Origin: Callorhinchus milii
Lineage: Eukaryota
DNA: 64,000 bases
Reading direction: 5' to 3'
NCBI RefSeq assembly: GCF_018977255.1
Contig: NW_024704742.1
Location: forward strand, 74,154,001-74,218,000
Shown: in pieces, positions 1 to 11,789 of the stretch
Numbering within the stretch: position 1 is the stretch's first letter
Layout: every line of letters begins with the position of its first letter
The notes under the pieces: generated by a model
What the model was told of the DNA's origin: nothing
The model's input: the letters and a program-made list of their open reading frames with translations, nothing else
Database searches by the model: none
Translations under genes and position numbers: made by a program

Positions 1-245
1 CCATGACATATTCCCTGTCTGATCCACCCACCATCGGGTGAGCTTTTAACCATTCTGTTTCCACTCTGGGACTCCATCCCGGAGTCCCTCCACTTCAGAC
101 CTCCCTCTCCCTCCCTGCTTGCCTTCAAAACCCGCCTCAAGACCTATCTTTGGGACTCCACTTGCAACTCAGTACCCAGCCCAGTTGTGTATAGCACTTT
201 GAAACACCTTCCGCCTGTGAACGGTGTTATATAAAATGTTAATTG
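1..245 (+). mobile_element. L2-clade LINE 3' end fragment
   Basis: ccaccatcggg...ctctgggactccatccc...ttcaaaacccgcctcaagacc...tatataaaatg; same 3' region as the longer L2 copies in the window. Confidence 0.75.
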
Positions 246-678
246 CAATGGGAGTTTAAAGGGAATAAGATTTGTATTGTAGTTTGTGATAGGCGTACAA
301 GTCTTGGAGCAGAATGAGTTTTGAGTCCCTATGCATTCAGGATAGAGTATTTAGGGATGGGCCAAATACTCGACTGTGGGGAAGAATGAGAATGACTAAT
401 GGAAAACCACCATCCTGATAAGAGATGAAAGAAGAATATTTGCCATTGTGGGAGGAGAAAAAAAGTGCAAGTCATACAGAGGTCACCAAATGTATATCAA
501 ATGCAAGGATTATTATTATTATTTATGAAATGTTTCCTTGTAATAATTTATAATGTATTGATTTGAATAAATTGTTTTGTACTTCAAGCACTATTAATTA
601 ATTACTTTACTGTTCAATTTTGAAACGTATGATGCTTGGATAATTATAATTATTTGACTTTTCTTTTTTGATGCACAG

Positions 679-705
679 GTGAATGTTGGATGTGTACCTA
701 AAAAG
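679..705 (+). CDS. GSR: Glutathione reductase coding exon 2 (VNVGCVPKK, second Cys of the redox-active CVNVGC motif); exon 1 is upstream of the window
   Basis: cag|GTGAATGTTGGATGTGTACCTAAAAAG|gtaagc; 27-nt phase-0 exon carrying the pyridine nucleotide-disulfide oxidoreductase active-site motif. Confidence 0.96.
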
Positions 706-1262
706 GTAAGCTTATTGTTTTTTGAGGGGCTGGAGCCCTGGATCATTAGACTGCTATGAATGGCTAATTCATAATTATGAAATAGCTGATATAATGAAAT
801 AATAGCTGATATTCAGTAATGAAATAGCTGATATATAGTGGAATGTGTCCTGGCACGTTTTCATTTTTGTGAGGAAGAATTGCCAAGAGGACTCGCCTTG
901 CTGCTCACATAGCTTAGCGATAGCGAGCATTATATTTGGCAAGTACATGTATCTAGTTTCTCAATTCAGGCGTGGTGGAATTTGACCTGGGATGATACCG
1001 GGGTAAGTGATTTGACCTATAAGCAGGAACTGGAACTTTTGCCGTTGGAACAAAGAGGGTTGAGAGGTGACCTTTTTTTCTTAAACTCTACAGTTGATGA
1101 CCTACTCAGCCAGTTATAATCAAACATCATGTATCTGAAAATTTTGATTATTTTAAACTTACTATGCGAACAAGTGATGTAGAAATAGCCTCAGCATCAA
1201 TATTATTGGGGGAAAATTGTTTCACATTTTTATGAATAACAAAATGGGTCCTCCTGTTTTAT

Positions 1263-1640
1263 GTGGAGTTCTGTAGCTTAGTGGTTAAAGCACTCGCTTC
1301 ACAAGCGAGAGGACCTGAATTTGATTCCCAGGTGGGACAAAACCTTAGGTAAGTTTCCTTACTCCTCACGCCTCTGCTTACTCAGCAGTAAGTAAGAACT
1401 TGGTTGTTAGTCGATTGGCAGATCGCTTTGCTGGGGGTAATAATTCCTTAAAAAAGGAAAAATTAAAAAAAATTGGCCAATCAATCCATGACTGTTGTGA
1501 GACACTGCTATGCATAATTGGCTGCTGCGTTTCGCCCACAAAATATAGTCAATTCACTATACAATATATTCTGTGAAGTGTGTTGAGATTTTTCAAAGAC
1601 TTCATAAGGCGCTGTAGCAAATGCAAGGATTATTATTGTT
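1263..1640 (+). mobile_element. tRNA-headed SINE family A, long form (L2-type tail)
   Basis: gtggagttctgtagcttagtggtt (A box), ttgattccc (B box), body shared with other copies, tail aaatgcaaggattattatt. Confidence 0.85.
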
Positions 1641-2151
1641 ATCATCCTGAAGGCCAAGGACAACCCCAGGCTCCTCTCCTCTACTCCACCACAAACCAGT
1701 TTCACACACCTTCCCTGACCATCCTCTCCTCCAACTCCTGTAGCTTAGTGGTTAGAGCACTCGCCTCACAAATGCTATTGGCCCTTGTGAATGGACCCCT
1801 CTGTCCCCACTTTCAAGTCCCTCCTAAAGACCTTTGATCATGCTTACAGTCACCTCCTCTCACCCTCTCCCCATGGCTCCCCATGTCAAGCACTCCGGGA
1901 TGCTCCCCTATGTGAAGGGCGCTATATAAATGCAAGTTGTTGTTGAACTGCAATGCATCCTGGTTACTCTGAGAACGGCAGATGAAAGCTGGTCAAAAAC
2001 TCTGCCATTTACTATTTCATTTTGCTTGAGGAAAAATTTTCCAACGCTTTGGAATGTCCTCTCAACGTGAAAAGTGCTATACAAATGTAATTTGTTGTTG
2101 TTGTTATTGTTGTATCTGTTTCTCTTGTCTGACCCTGTCCTTTTGCTCCAG

Positions 2152-2240
2152 GTGATGTGGAATGCTGCTGTGCATGCTGAATACCTTCATGATCATGCTG
2201 ACTATGGCTTTGAAGTGCCCAGTGTGAAGTTCAGTTGGCG
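2152..2240 (+). CDS. GSR: GSR exon 3 ([30 protein letters not shown])
   Basis: ctccag|GTGATGTGG...TGGCG|gtaagt; 89 nt; translation matches GSR. Confidence 0.96.
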
Positions 2241-2334
2241 GTAAGTGTGAAGAAGGCAGTAACTATTTAACTGGTAAAAATTTCCTCCATATGGTTTTGT
2301 ATTTTTCCTCAGTCCTGAATTCTGTAAATAACTA

Positions 2335-2463
2335 AACGCAAAATACTGCAGATGCTGGAAATCTGAAACAAAAACAGAAGTCGCAGGAAGCACTCGTGAT
2401 CCCGAAACCTTGACTCACTTTCCTTTCTCCATAGATGCTGCCAGACCTGCTGAGTGTTCCCAC
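2335..2463. mobile_element. Short palindromic Penelope-derived element remnant (centre deleted)
   Basis: aaatactgcagatgctggaaatctgaaacaaaaacag...tctccatagatgctgccagacctgctgagt; homologous to 18310-18496. Confidence 0.65.
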
Positions 2464-2802
2464 TGTAACTAACTAGATGTTCTTATTACAATGGTAGTAT
2501 CTGTGAAGAATGTCATTCTGCTGGTAGTGTATTGAATATCTATTGTGGCGATGCTATTTGATGTGATTGTAGATAAGTGGTCACTCACAGATGAATGCAG
2601 ATTTAGTGTACTACTGAAGAAAACTTTATCACAAACTGCGAGCATTCAGGAATCAACAAGCCATTTTGCTTCTTGAGTTGAGCCCACCATCAAGCTTTTC
2701 ATTTTGCTCTGGGTTAGATGAAGTTGTGTTCTAATCCAGTCTTGTAGAAACATAGAGTCATGAGCCATATTTGGCTCAGGAAACAGATTCGATAAACAAC
2801 GT

Positions 2803-2962
2803 TTAAGAGAGTAGATAGATATTTGGGGAGGACAAGTTTGCAGGGCTATGGGGAGAAAGCGGGGGAGTGTGATTTAATTCGATAGCTCTTTTCAAAGAGC
2901 TGGCACAGACACGATGGGCCAAATGGCCTCCTTCTCTGCTGTATAATTCTATGATTCTATGA
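2803..2962 (+). mobile_element. CR1-clade LINE 3' end
   Basis: gatgggccaaatggcctccttct...attctatgattctatga tail. Confidence 0.8.
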
Positions 2963-3409
2963 AGGGTCTTGGTGTGGCTTACAGTAAGCTCAGCTTTAGG
3001 AGAAAGCATGTGTCTCAGATAATTCCTGCTGACTTTTTGCTTACAGAGATGTGTGCATGGTTTTAAACATGTCACATAGTAAAAAAAAATTCTTGAGTCA
3101 GGTTTTTTGAATATTCAGTTGAAATAGTCATCTAAAGTAACACTTGTCTGAATAATCCAACAAAATGGGTATACTCAATTGATGCATGTTTTTTGATTAG
3201 CAATATAATGACGCATATTAAACACACAATCCCCAGGAACTGTTTTCATGTATTTAAAGGAATACAACTTGCACCTCATGGTGAATCTTCTCTCTTTGTA
3301 GCTAAATGCGTGTCAGTTAAATAATAGCAACTTGTGCATACTACTGTACAAGTGTCAATAGCTTGTTTACAAAGTTGAAAATTAACAAATGATTGTGTAA
3401 CCTCTTCAA

Positions 3410-3785
3410 GTCGTCAAGATCATGAAAGGTTTCGACAGGCTAGATAAGGAAAAGCTGTTTCCGCTGGTAGATGTGTCTGTGACCCGTGGTCACAGTCTTA
3501 AGGTATCTACCAAAAGAAGCAGAGGGGAGGTTAGAAGAATTTTTTTCACTCAGCGAGTTGTTCGAATTTGGAATGATCTGCCCGAAAGGGCAGTGAAGTC
3601 CGATTCGATAACAGCTTTTAAGAGAGAACTGGATAGGTATCTGGGGAAGACAGGTTTCAGGGTTACGGGGAGAAAGCTGGTGAGTGGGGTTAGTGAAAGT
3701 GACTTGCTCTGTCAAAGAGCCGGCACAGACTCGATGGGCCGAATGGCCTCCTTCTGTGCCGTAACATTCTATGAATCTATGAATA
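3410..3785 (+). mobile_element. CR1-clade LINE 3' fragment (ORF2 C-terminus and tail)
   Basis: KGFDRLDKEKLFPL...TRGHSLK...FFTQRVVRIWNDLP...AFKRELDRYL; tail attctatgaatctatgaat. Confidence 0.9.
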
Positions 3786-4407
3786 AGTTTGAATTGAGGG
3801 TAGAATATTCGAAAATGTCCAGTGTATTTGACAAAGTTTCCTCACATTTGCAATGTCTTTGTTGTAATGATTCCAATACGCCTACGATTCATTTTGTATG
3901 TAATGAAAAGCTTGTGAAAGAATTGGTTTGAACAGCTTTGTTGAACCCAGATTTGAACATGTATGCCTCAGTACAAATCTGGGTTCAACAAAGTGTTTCT
4001 AACTCATTCTTTCATAATCTTTTAGATTGGGCACTCCCATAAAGAATATGTGAGCAAAAAGCCACAACATGTAAGGAACAATGTGCTGACCTGGGTATTA
4101 TGATAATCCTATTATTTGATCTAGTGACTCAATACATTATTAAAACATCTCAAAATGCTTCATGGCATTTTACTGTGTAGTATAGTGACTGTATTTATAG
4201 ATGAATGTGGCAGCCAATTTGCGCACAGCAATGTCCCACAAACAGTATGAAGTGAGTGACTAATTTTATATAGGGGATTGCTGGCCAGGTTAACAGGAGA
4301 AACTCTCTTTTCAAATAATGTCATAGGATTGTTAATGTCCACCTGAAGGGCCTTGATTCAATTCTCATCTGAAAGACCTTCTGACTTGGAGATGAGAGTG
4401 CTTCCAG

Positions 4408-4652
4408 GCAGGGCGAAACCTTGGGCAAGTTTCCTTACTCCACACGCCTAATAATAATCCCTCAAAAACAAAACAATAATAAATTGGTCATTTTCAATTC
4501 ACGACTGTTTGTGGGACACGGCTGTGCGCAATTGGCTGTCAGGTTTCACCCACAAATATACGGTCAATTCACTTTACACAGCTTTGTGAAGCACTTTGAG
4601 ACGTCTAGAAGACATGAAAAGCGCTATATCAAATGCAAGGATTATTATTATT
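4408..4652 (+). mobile_element. SINE family A, short form, 5'-truncated; abuts a minus-strand Deu-type SINE remnant (~4155-4405)
   Basis: gggcgaaaccttgggcaagtttccttactccacacgcctaataataatccc...atcaaatgcaaggattattattatt. Confidence 0.85.
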
Positions 4653-5294
4653 TTACCAACTGAGCTATGCTGATGCCTGCCAAAATGGGCACTGTTTTAG
4701 GAATATATTTTAAGAAATTTCATTGATGAAGTTATTATTTGCTACTCATACATCTTTAAACATTATTAATTTCCCTTTGCGGACTGATCCGGGGAGTGGA
4801 ATTAGACCAGGTGGCTCAGGAGGAGAAAAACACCACCGAGCACTTGATAAATTCTATGTAATTATGTCTGTTGATGTTCCGGGGTCCATGATTTACCAGT
4901 CCATGAACTGTCAACTTAATATAAAGTATTAATTAAACAATTTAACCAATACAATGTAGGATTATGGGGAGGGCATGTGAGGGCTCCGGGGAGATGGGGG
5001 TGGAAGTGGATAGAAAGAAAGAACAGGGCTGGTAGAGTGCGGTGGAGCAAAGCATATAATGACCCCATAACTCTTGCTGGAAGAATTTTTTAGTTAGTAC
5101 TATAGATAATTTATTTGTGTTTTTGGATGGTGACCCATTCATTATCCACTCTGTTTGCATTTGCACAATGAACCCGGTCCCAATTCATTTGGATAATAGG
5201 TTCTTTGTCTTTATGCTAGTATATGTTCACTTTGGATGTGCTACATGTTGGAGAGGAAATATTTTTGAAGTAAAACTTACCCTTTGTGTTGCAG

Positions 5295-5364
5295 AATGAT
5301 AAAGGAGAAACGAGATGCCTATGTCAGCAAATTGAATGACATCTATCAAAACAATTTAAATAAG
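5295..5364 (+). CDS. GSR: GSR exon 4 (MIKEKRDAYVSKLNDIYQNNLNK)
   Basis: ttgcag|AATGATA...AATAAG|gtttgt; 70 nt; phase fits exon 3. Confidence 0.96.
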
Positions 5365-5628
5365 GTTTGTAATCCCAAAATGCCTTAAAGTGTAGAGACA
5401 GATAAAACAAACCCGAAAGAATACCTTCTGATACACGGCTGTAACAGGTTACAGGAAGGTCATCATACTGGACTCAATATTTAAGAAACTGCTCAATGTG
5501 CTAATGTAGGGTCGATATTCTAGAAGGATGAGAGGAAAAGGACAGAAGGCCTTCCTCCTTCGAGCCTCATTGTAGTTACCTAAAGGAATCCAGAATAAGC
5601 TTGTACACAATAAACATTGTATTTGCAG

Positions 5629-5776
5629 GATCAAGTTGAAACTATTCGTGGTCATGCTACCTTTACGTCAGATGCTGAGCCTACACTGGAAGTAGATGGA
5701 AAACGATACACCGCTCCACACATTCTGATTGCAACAGGGGGTCGGCCAATAGTGCCCAGTGATAAAGACATTCCTG
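5629..5776 (+). CDS. GSR: GSR exon 5 (DQVETIRGHA...HILIATGGRP...DIP)
   Basis: ttgcag|GATCAA...CCTG|gtaggt; 148 nt; ILIATGG motif; inside ORF 5617-5832. Confidence 0.96.
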
Positions 5777-6427
5777 GTAGGTACTCTGTACTTTCCCTTC
5801 TGCTTTACATGTACTACAACATCATGAACTAAATTTGAAGATTTGTCTGCTTATTTAGATAGATGGTAAAATGCCATATCACTGTTCAAAGACAGAATGG
5901 CATTTCTGCTGGTCAAAAATCCTCCAAATGGAGCATCTCTGTTAGCATGGTGGATTGTGCTGCAGCTTGCAGATCAGGAGTTGCTAGCTCAACTCCTGGT
6001 CAGAGTTTTCTGGTCTCAGCTGGGTCAGCATGAGGAGGCTCAATTGGCCCAGGCCTTCCCAGGATTAAGGAGGGAAAATCAACCAGGGTTTCTGTTCCTG
6101 GATTCTCTATAGCACCCTCTACGTTGTGTGCATAAGGCACCTGGGTGGACCTAGGTCAGGGTTGGGTGTGACACGGTAGACACTCATTGCCACACATGAC
6201 CAATAGCTGCTTGGGCATGATAAAGCAACATCTGTGGAACCCCAACCCACAAGAGGAGGCCAGATCAGCAACATGGAGACAGATTAGCCACTAAATTAAA
6301 AAATAAATCCTCCAGATAAATTTGTCATTCCTTCATGGCTTTTGTGGCTCCTGCAAATTGGCTGCCGTGTTTGCCTACAGGTACATACTATACTTCACTA
6401 TACTTTATGTGAAAGTAAATAACCATC

Positions 6428-6995
6428 CTCATTATGGGGGAGGTAAGTGGTGTCTCCTTGGAGCTGAACTGGCTCCAAGGTGACATACCTGGCAATGGAA
6501 TGTCGGAATCGAGCCAGGGCTCTGTGATGGTCTCTAGTCCGGTTCCTGAGCCAGGTAAGTCTGCAGTATTGCAGGGCACTGCTGATGACAGCACAGCCAG
6601 CCTGGCTCATCGGCAGGATCTAGAAGGGCAGAGTCATCCCACTTAGCTCCTGTTAACCCTGCATGCCAAAGCCATAATGGGTAAGGTGGTTTTAACTGGA
6701 CAAGCAACAGGAAAGCTTGCTAGACAGCGATATCAATGGCAAACTATGCCATTTTAGCTGGTTAGGCTCCAGCAGTTACCCCAACTCTGGTGTCCCTAAA
6801 TCTTGGCTCTTGCCAACCTGCTTAATAGGTAAGCAGGATGCATCCCTCCAGGGAGAGCGGGCACCTTCCATTCCAACAATCTATCTGTGGGATTACCATC
6901 TATAGGTACAATGTATGGAAATCTCAGTTTGGTTTGGATACTCTGGGTGATGGGTTTCTGCATTTGTCAGACACCTGGCTGACCAAAATAAATAA
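6428..6995 (+). mobile_element. Unclassified ~560-bp interspersed repeat (family X)
   Basis: Homologous to 12835-13170, 22430-22872, 23785-24097(-) and 42612-43200(-); shared 3' end gtcagacacctggctgaccaaaa. Confidence 0.75.
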
Positions 6996-7407
6996 ATAGG
7001 TAGATAGGTAGACAGGTTGTTGTTGTGAATGTTAAAGACCTCATGGTACTTTTCGAAAAATAGAAAGCAGTTTATAATAATCCCTTAACTAAAATTGGTC
7101 ATTCACTTCATGGCTGTTTGTGGGACATTGCTGTGTGCAAATTGGCTGCTGTGTTTATCTACAAACAACACAGTCACTCCACTTTACAGTAAATCCTGTG
7201 AAACACTTTTCCATATCCTCCTGACGTGACCGGTGCTATAATATGTAAATCAAATGTAAGAATTATTATTAAAGTTATGTTTGGTGTCTGGAAGACCTTG
7301 TAATTCAAAAGAGGCGTATGCAATGACATTTTCCCATGATTTTCTTAAGTCCTGATAAATTTAGTAATCTTAATGTTTATTTGACATTCATTTACTATCT
7401 TTTTCAG

Positions 7408-7462
7408 GAGCTAGTCTTGGTATCTCAAGTGATGGATTTTTTGAGCTTGAAGAGCTGCCTAG
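7408..7462 (+). CDS. GSR: GSR exon 6 (GASLGISSDGFFELEELPR)
   Basis: tttcag|GAGCT...CCTAG|gtaaac; 55 nt; SDGFF motif. Confidence 0.95.
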
Positions 7463-8656
7463 GTAAACTGATCATTGGATAGCTGTTTAACTGTGATGGG
7501 ATTCTTGAAAACAGGGCAAGTTATCCTTAGTAATTATTTCTTTGAGTCTGAGCTCATAGTTGAATGTAGATTTTTTTAAAAAAAACCATTTGAAACTGAT
7601 GAAAAGTACATCAGTATAAAATTGCACAAAATTCAAAAGAGGACAACATTTGAAGTTAATTTTGGTGTATTGAGTAGTTTAGCTGTGCATATAATGCACA
7701 CAAGAGATTCCCATTCATCAATTTATACAAAACTGATGCTGGTTCCAATTAACAATCATCCTTTAATCCTAGCAATAGTTCTTGGTCCTCCAGTAACTTA
7801 TTGCAGGTTAATAATCACAATAATAATCCTTACATTGCGCCTTATTACGTCTTTGAGACTACTCAAAGTGTTTCACAGAATATACTTAAATATGGCTTAA
7901 GTGTGTGTCTGGTCTTGAAACTCAGGCCATCTAGTTAGAGCTGATGTTTTACTCAGTGTTGCATCGTAATTCATAATATTTTCTGAGATGGGCAGCATAT
8001 ATTTTAGGGAAGGTGGCCATATGAACAATTATATCTAGATTTATTTAATGTTTCTAAATCTGCTGTTACTATTGCTAGAATTTTGCAAGATTATTGCTAC
8101 TTTGGGATTTCCAACACATTGCAGTTTTCTTAATATAATTCTTACATCATTTCTGCCATGTTTCACCCACAAACATACAGTCATTTCACATTACAGTATA
8201 TTCTGTGAATACAACATATTCACACACCAACTGTTACACAATTTGCATTTTGCTCTGTTATGGAAGTGAAATGGAGCCACAAAGATGGTGAAAAAACAAT
8301 TAGATACGCACACAAGATTTAGCTGAGGATGCAACTGAGAGAATAGGAATTTGGAATACGTTTAAAGTACAGAATATGAAAAGTATAGAGTAGAGTTAAT
8401 GTGGGGTTTACATTCAAAAGTGCAGAGTAGGTTAAACACTGAAAGTGATGGAAAATAGATTGAGAAACAGAGAGAAAAATAGAGAGAAAGTCAGAGAGAC
8501 AGAAAATTATCCTGTTTGAACTTACTTTATCTCTATTCTTTACTAAGGAAAAGCACATTACTAGCATCTGAAAGACCTAGCGTGACTTCTTAAAGCGATT
8601 TTTAGAATTCAGTACTTTTTGCTGTGTAAAAAAAGTGTAATTTGCTTTCCCTTTAG

Positions 8657-8756
8657 AAAAAGTGTAATCGTAGGAGCTGGTTACATAGCTGTGGAGATAG
8701 CAGGTATCCTCTCTGCACTTGGATCAAATGCTCATCTGCTCATACGGCATGAAAAG
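8657..8756 (+). CDS. GSR: GSR exon 7 (NADPH-binding VGAGYIAVE motif)
   Basis: ctttag|AAAAAGT...GAAAAG|gtaaac; 100 nt. Confidence 0.96.
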
Positions 8757-9064
8757 GTAAACACCATTAATGTTATAAAGATTCTGCAACCATTGCCACT
8801 GTTGTGCTTGTATTTACAGTACCTTCCTTGTCAATTTCAATTGAATGGTTGATGACATTTAACTTTCTTCTCATAATCCGGTTCCTGAGCCAGAACTGCA
8901 GACCAGCCAGCCTGGCTCACCAACAGGACTTGGAGGGGCAGAGGATTGGGAGCAGGGATTCTTCCCACTCTGACTCATTTAAGACATAACAATGTTTCTG
9001 TATCCTATGTTTAGACTCCAAACTGACTGTAGACATTTATTATTTTTAGAAACTTGTGGTGTAA

Positions 9065-9655
9065 GCATTGGTCAGACCCTGGTCAGACTCTATCTGGAGT
9101 ACTGCATTCAGTTTTGGGTACCACACCTCAGGAAGAATATATTGGCTCTGGAGGGGGTGCAATGCAGTTTCATCAGAATGATACCAGGGCTTAAAGAGTT
9201 AAATTATGAGGACTGGTTGCATAAACTTGGTCTCTATTCCCTTGAGTTTAGACAGTTGAAAGCTGATCTGGTTGAGGCTTTTAAAATAATAAAGGGATTC
9301 GATGGGGTAGATACAGAAGAATTATTTCCTCTGGTGGGAGAACCAGAACAAGAGGCATCATCTTAAAATTAGAGCTCGGCCATTTAGGAGTGAAATCAGG
9401 AGGTAGGTTTGCACCTAAAAGGTAGTGGAAATCTGGAACTCTCTCCCCCAAAAGGCTGTGGGTGCTGGATCCATTCACATTTTCAAGACTGAGGTGGATA
9501 GACATTTGTTAGGCAGAGTATCAAGGGATATGGGACAAAGGGTGGGTAATTGGAGTTGATGTACTGGTCAACCAAGATCTTATATAATGGTGGAACAGGC
9601 TCAAGGGACTGAATGGCCCGCTCCTGTTTCTATGTTCCTGGATTCCTATGTTTCT
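9065..9655 (+). mobile_element. CR1-clade LINE 3' fragment
   Basis: LVRLYLEYCIQFWVPHLRKNILALEGVQ...LGLYSLEFRQLKADLVEAFKIIKG; tail ends ~30 nt before the GSR exon 8 acceptor. Confidence 0.9.
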
Positions 9656-9684
9656 ATTACAGAATTTCTTTTCAATGCCCTTAG

Positions 9685-9771
9685 GTCCTGAGAACTTTTG
9701 ATTCAATGATAAGTTTAAATTGTACGCAAGAATTGGAAAGTGCTGGTGTTAAAATTCTGAAGCATACTCAG
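9685..9771 (+). CDS. GSR: GSR exon 8 ([29 protein letters not shown])
   Basis: ccttag|GTCCTG...ACTCAG|gtaact; 87 nt. Confidence 0.95.
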
Positions 9772-9869
9772 GTAACTAAACACCTATTTTTGTAAAAAAA
9801 AAATTATTTTAAAAGGAGGTTTGAATTGTGCAATTACTTTTTTGACCTTTTTTAAATACCTAATGTCAG

Positions 9870-10028
9870 GTTAAATCCTTAAAGAAAAGTGGTGGCAGTT
9901 TAGAAGTGACGATCGTGACTGGAGAATCAGATCAAACTGCTACAACATCTGTACTCAAAGATGTTGATTGTCTATTGTGGGCAATTGGACGTAGTCCTAA
10001 TACGGATGGACTGAACCTGAGCCAACTG
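9870..10028 (+). CDS. GSR: GSR exon 9 (VKSLKK...DVDCLLWAIGRSPNTDGLNLSQL)
   Basis: tgtcag|GTTAAA...CAACTG|gtgaga; 159 nt; follows a 98-nt intron. Confidence 0.95.
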
Positions 10029-10189
10029 GTGAGAATCTAATTCTAAACTCCTGGAAAACTGCACATTTGTTGTCTTCATGTAAAGTCAGGGTAAGGCTGA
10101 AGTGGCATAGGGTGTCAGGTTTACTTCTAACAGCTACTATTACAGCTACTCACCACTCTGCTACTGCCAATCAGTTCTTCCCTCCCACC

Positions 10190-10975
10190 GCCCTTCTCGC
10201 CTTTTCTTTCTCTCTCCTGGACCCCATTATTCCCTCTGTTCCAGCCTGGGCATCCTCCGTTAGGCCCATCATGGCTGTCGGCAATAATTGTCCCAAAGCA
10301 GCTGCCCCATCACCCGCTCTCCCCGACACAGCTACCTCCCCCATTCACATTGTTACCCTTCCCAACTCCCCCCCCCCATAAGGTTATTTCTCCCCCACAG
10401 CCTAAATCCCAACTTACCTTCCCTCACAAGCCCTCCTCCATCAGCTAACCCACTCGCATTTCCCTCCAAAACATCTGCTCCCTCTCCAATAAAGCCTTCA
10501 CGATCCATGACCTCATCCTGGACGAGCACATCGATACTCTTGGGCTCATAGAAACCTGTTCCCCGTTGACCCTGTCTCCCTGATTGAAACCTTCCCCCTG
10601 CCCCAGTTACATCTTTCACCCCCCCACCCCTGCTGCCCAAACCAACGTGGTGGTGGGATGGCCCTCATCTCTCAAACTTCCTTGCTCTATTCCCCCTATT
10701 CCTCCGGCTCCTTACCCTCCTTTGAACATTTAAGCCTGTACCATCCCTCCCTCTCCTTCAAAATCCTCCTTATTTATCGTCCTCCAGAACCACCTGGTTC
10801 CTTCATCCCTGACATCTCCTCCCTCCTCTACACTGAACCCCTGGTTATAATGGGTGATTTCAACGTAAACTCTTCTTGCCCCATCTCCTTTGACCTCACT
10901 CCATAGAAAACCTCACTATCCATATAAACTCACCAACCCACAACTGTGGCCACCCCCTCGACCTTGTTATCTCTC
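10190..10975 (+). mobile_element. L2-clade LINE ORF2 5' fragment (APE endonuclease), degenerate
   Basis: Frameshifted LQNI.SL.NKAFTIHDLILDEHIDTLGL.ETC...RGGGMALI...SFEHL...LLIYRPP...VIMGDFN...PTH..GHPLDLVIS. Confidence 0.8.
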
Positions 10976-11034
10976 ATTATATTCAATTGTGGCTTTAAAG
11001 TAGATAACTATTAAATTGTGTGTTGTTATCTTAG

Positions 11035-11146
11035 GGATTGAAACTAGATCCAAAGGGTCACGTAGTTGTGGATGAATTTCAGAACACCAGCAAAAAGGGC
11101 ATCTACGCAGTAGGCGATGTGTGTGGAAAGGCTTTGCTTACACCAG
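11035..11146 (+). CDS. GSR: GSR exon 10 ([18 protein letters not shown]...[16 protein letters not shown])
   Basis: tcttag|GGATTG...CACCAG|gtaaca; 112 nt; FAD-binding YAVGD motif. Confidence 0.96.
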
Positions 11147-11426
11147 GTAACAGTTCTGTACACTGAGCTTCCTCTTTGCATGCTTATTTCTACACTTGGA
11201 AGTGCTCTCCTTGCCTGTCTGTTCGTACTGTGGAAGTTCTGGCAAATAAACTCATTGTTGGTCATGTTATGTCATGTTAACGTAAGATTTTCTTCCATGG
11301 TGTCCGATGATGTTGAGTAATGCAGTTACCATTGGTATGAAAAATCCCACCTCAATTAACTATTGGTCTCTACTTATTCATAGTGTCTGAGGCAATCTCT
11401 TTAGTGTGGGGTGGGTATGTGTTTAG

Positions 11427-11711
<285 letters not shown>

Positions 11712-11789
11712 TAAGAAAACTTTAATCATTTAAAATATTTCCAATAAGCATTATAAGTCCTTAATATCTTAATACTCACATAATAATAA

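Noticed and set aside
777..835. Three imperfect copies of atgaaatagctgatat
   Set aside because: An ordinary short slippage duplication; there are no spacers, so it is not CRISPR-like.
6582..6660. CTGATGA hammerhead box in family X
   Set aside because: No stem II followed by GAAA at a suitable distance, and the box is not conserved in other copies.
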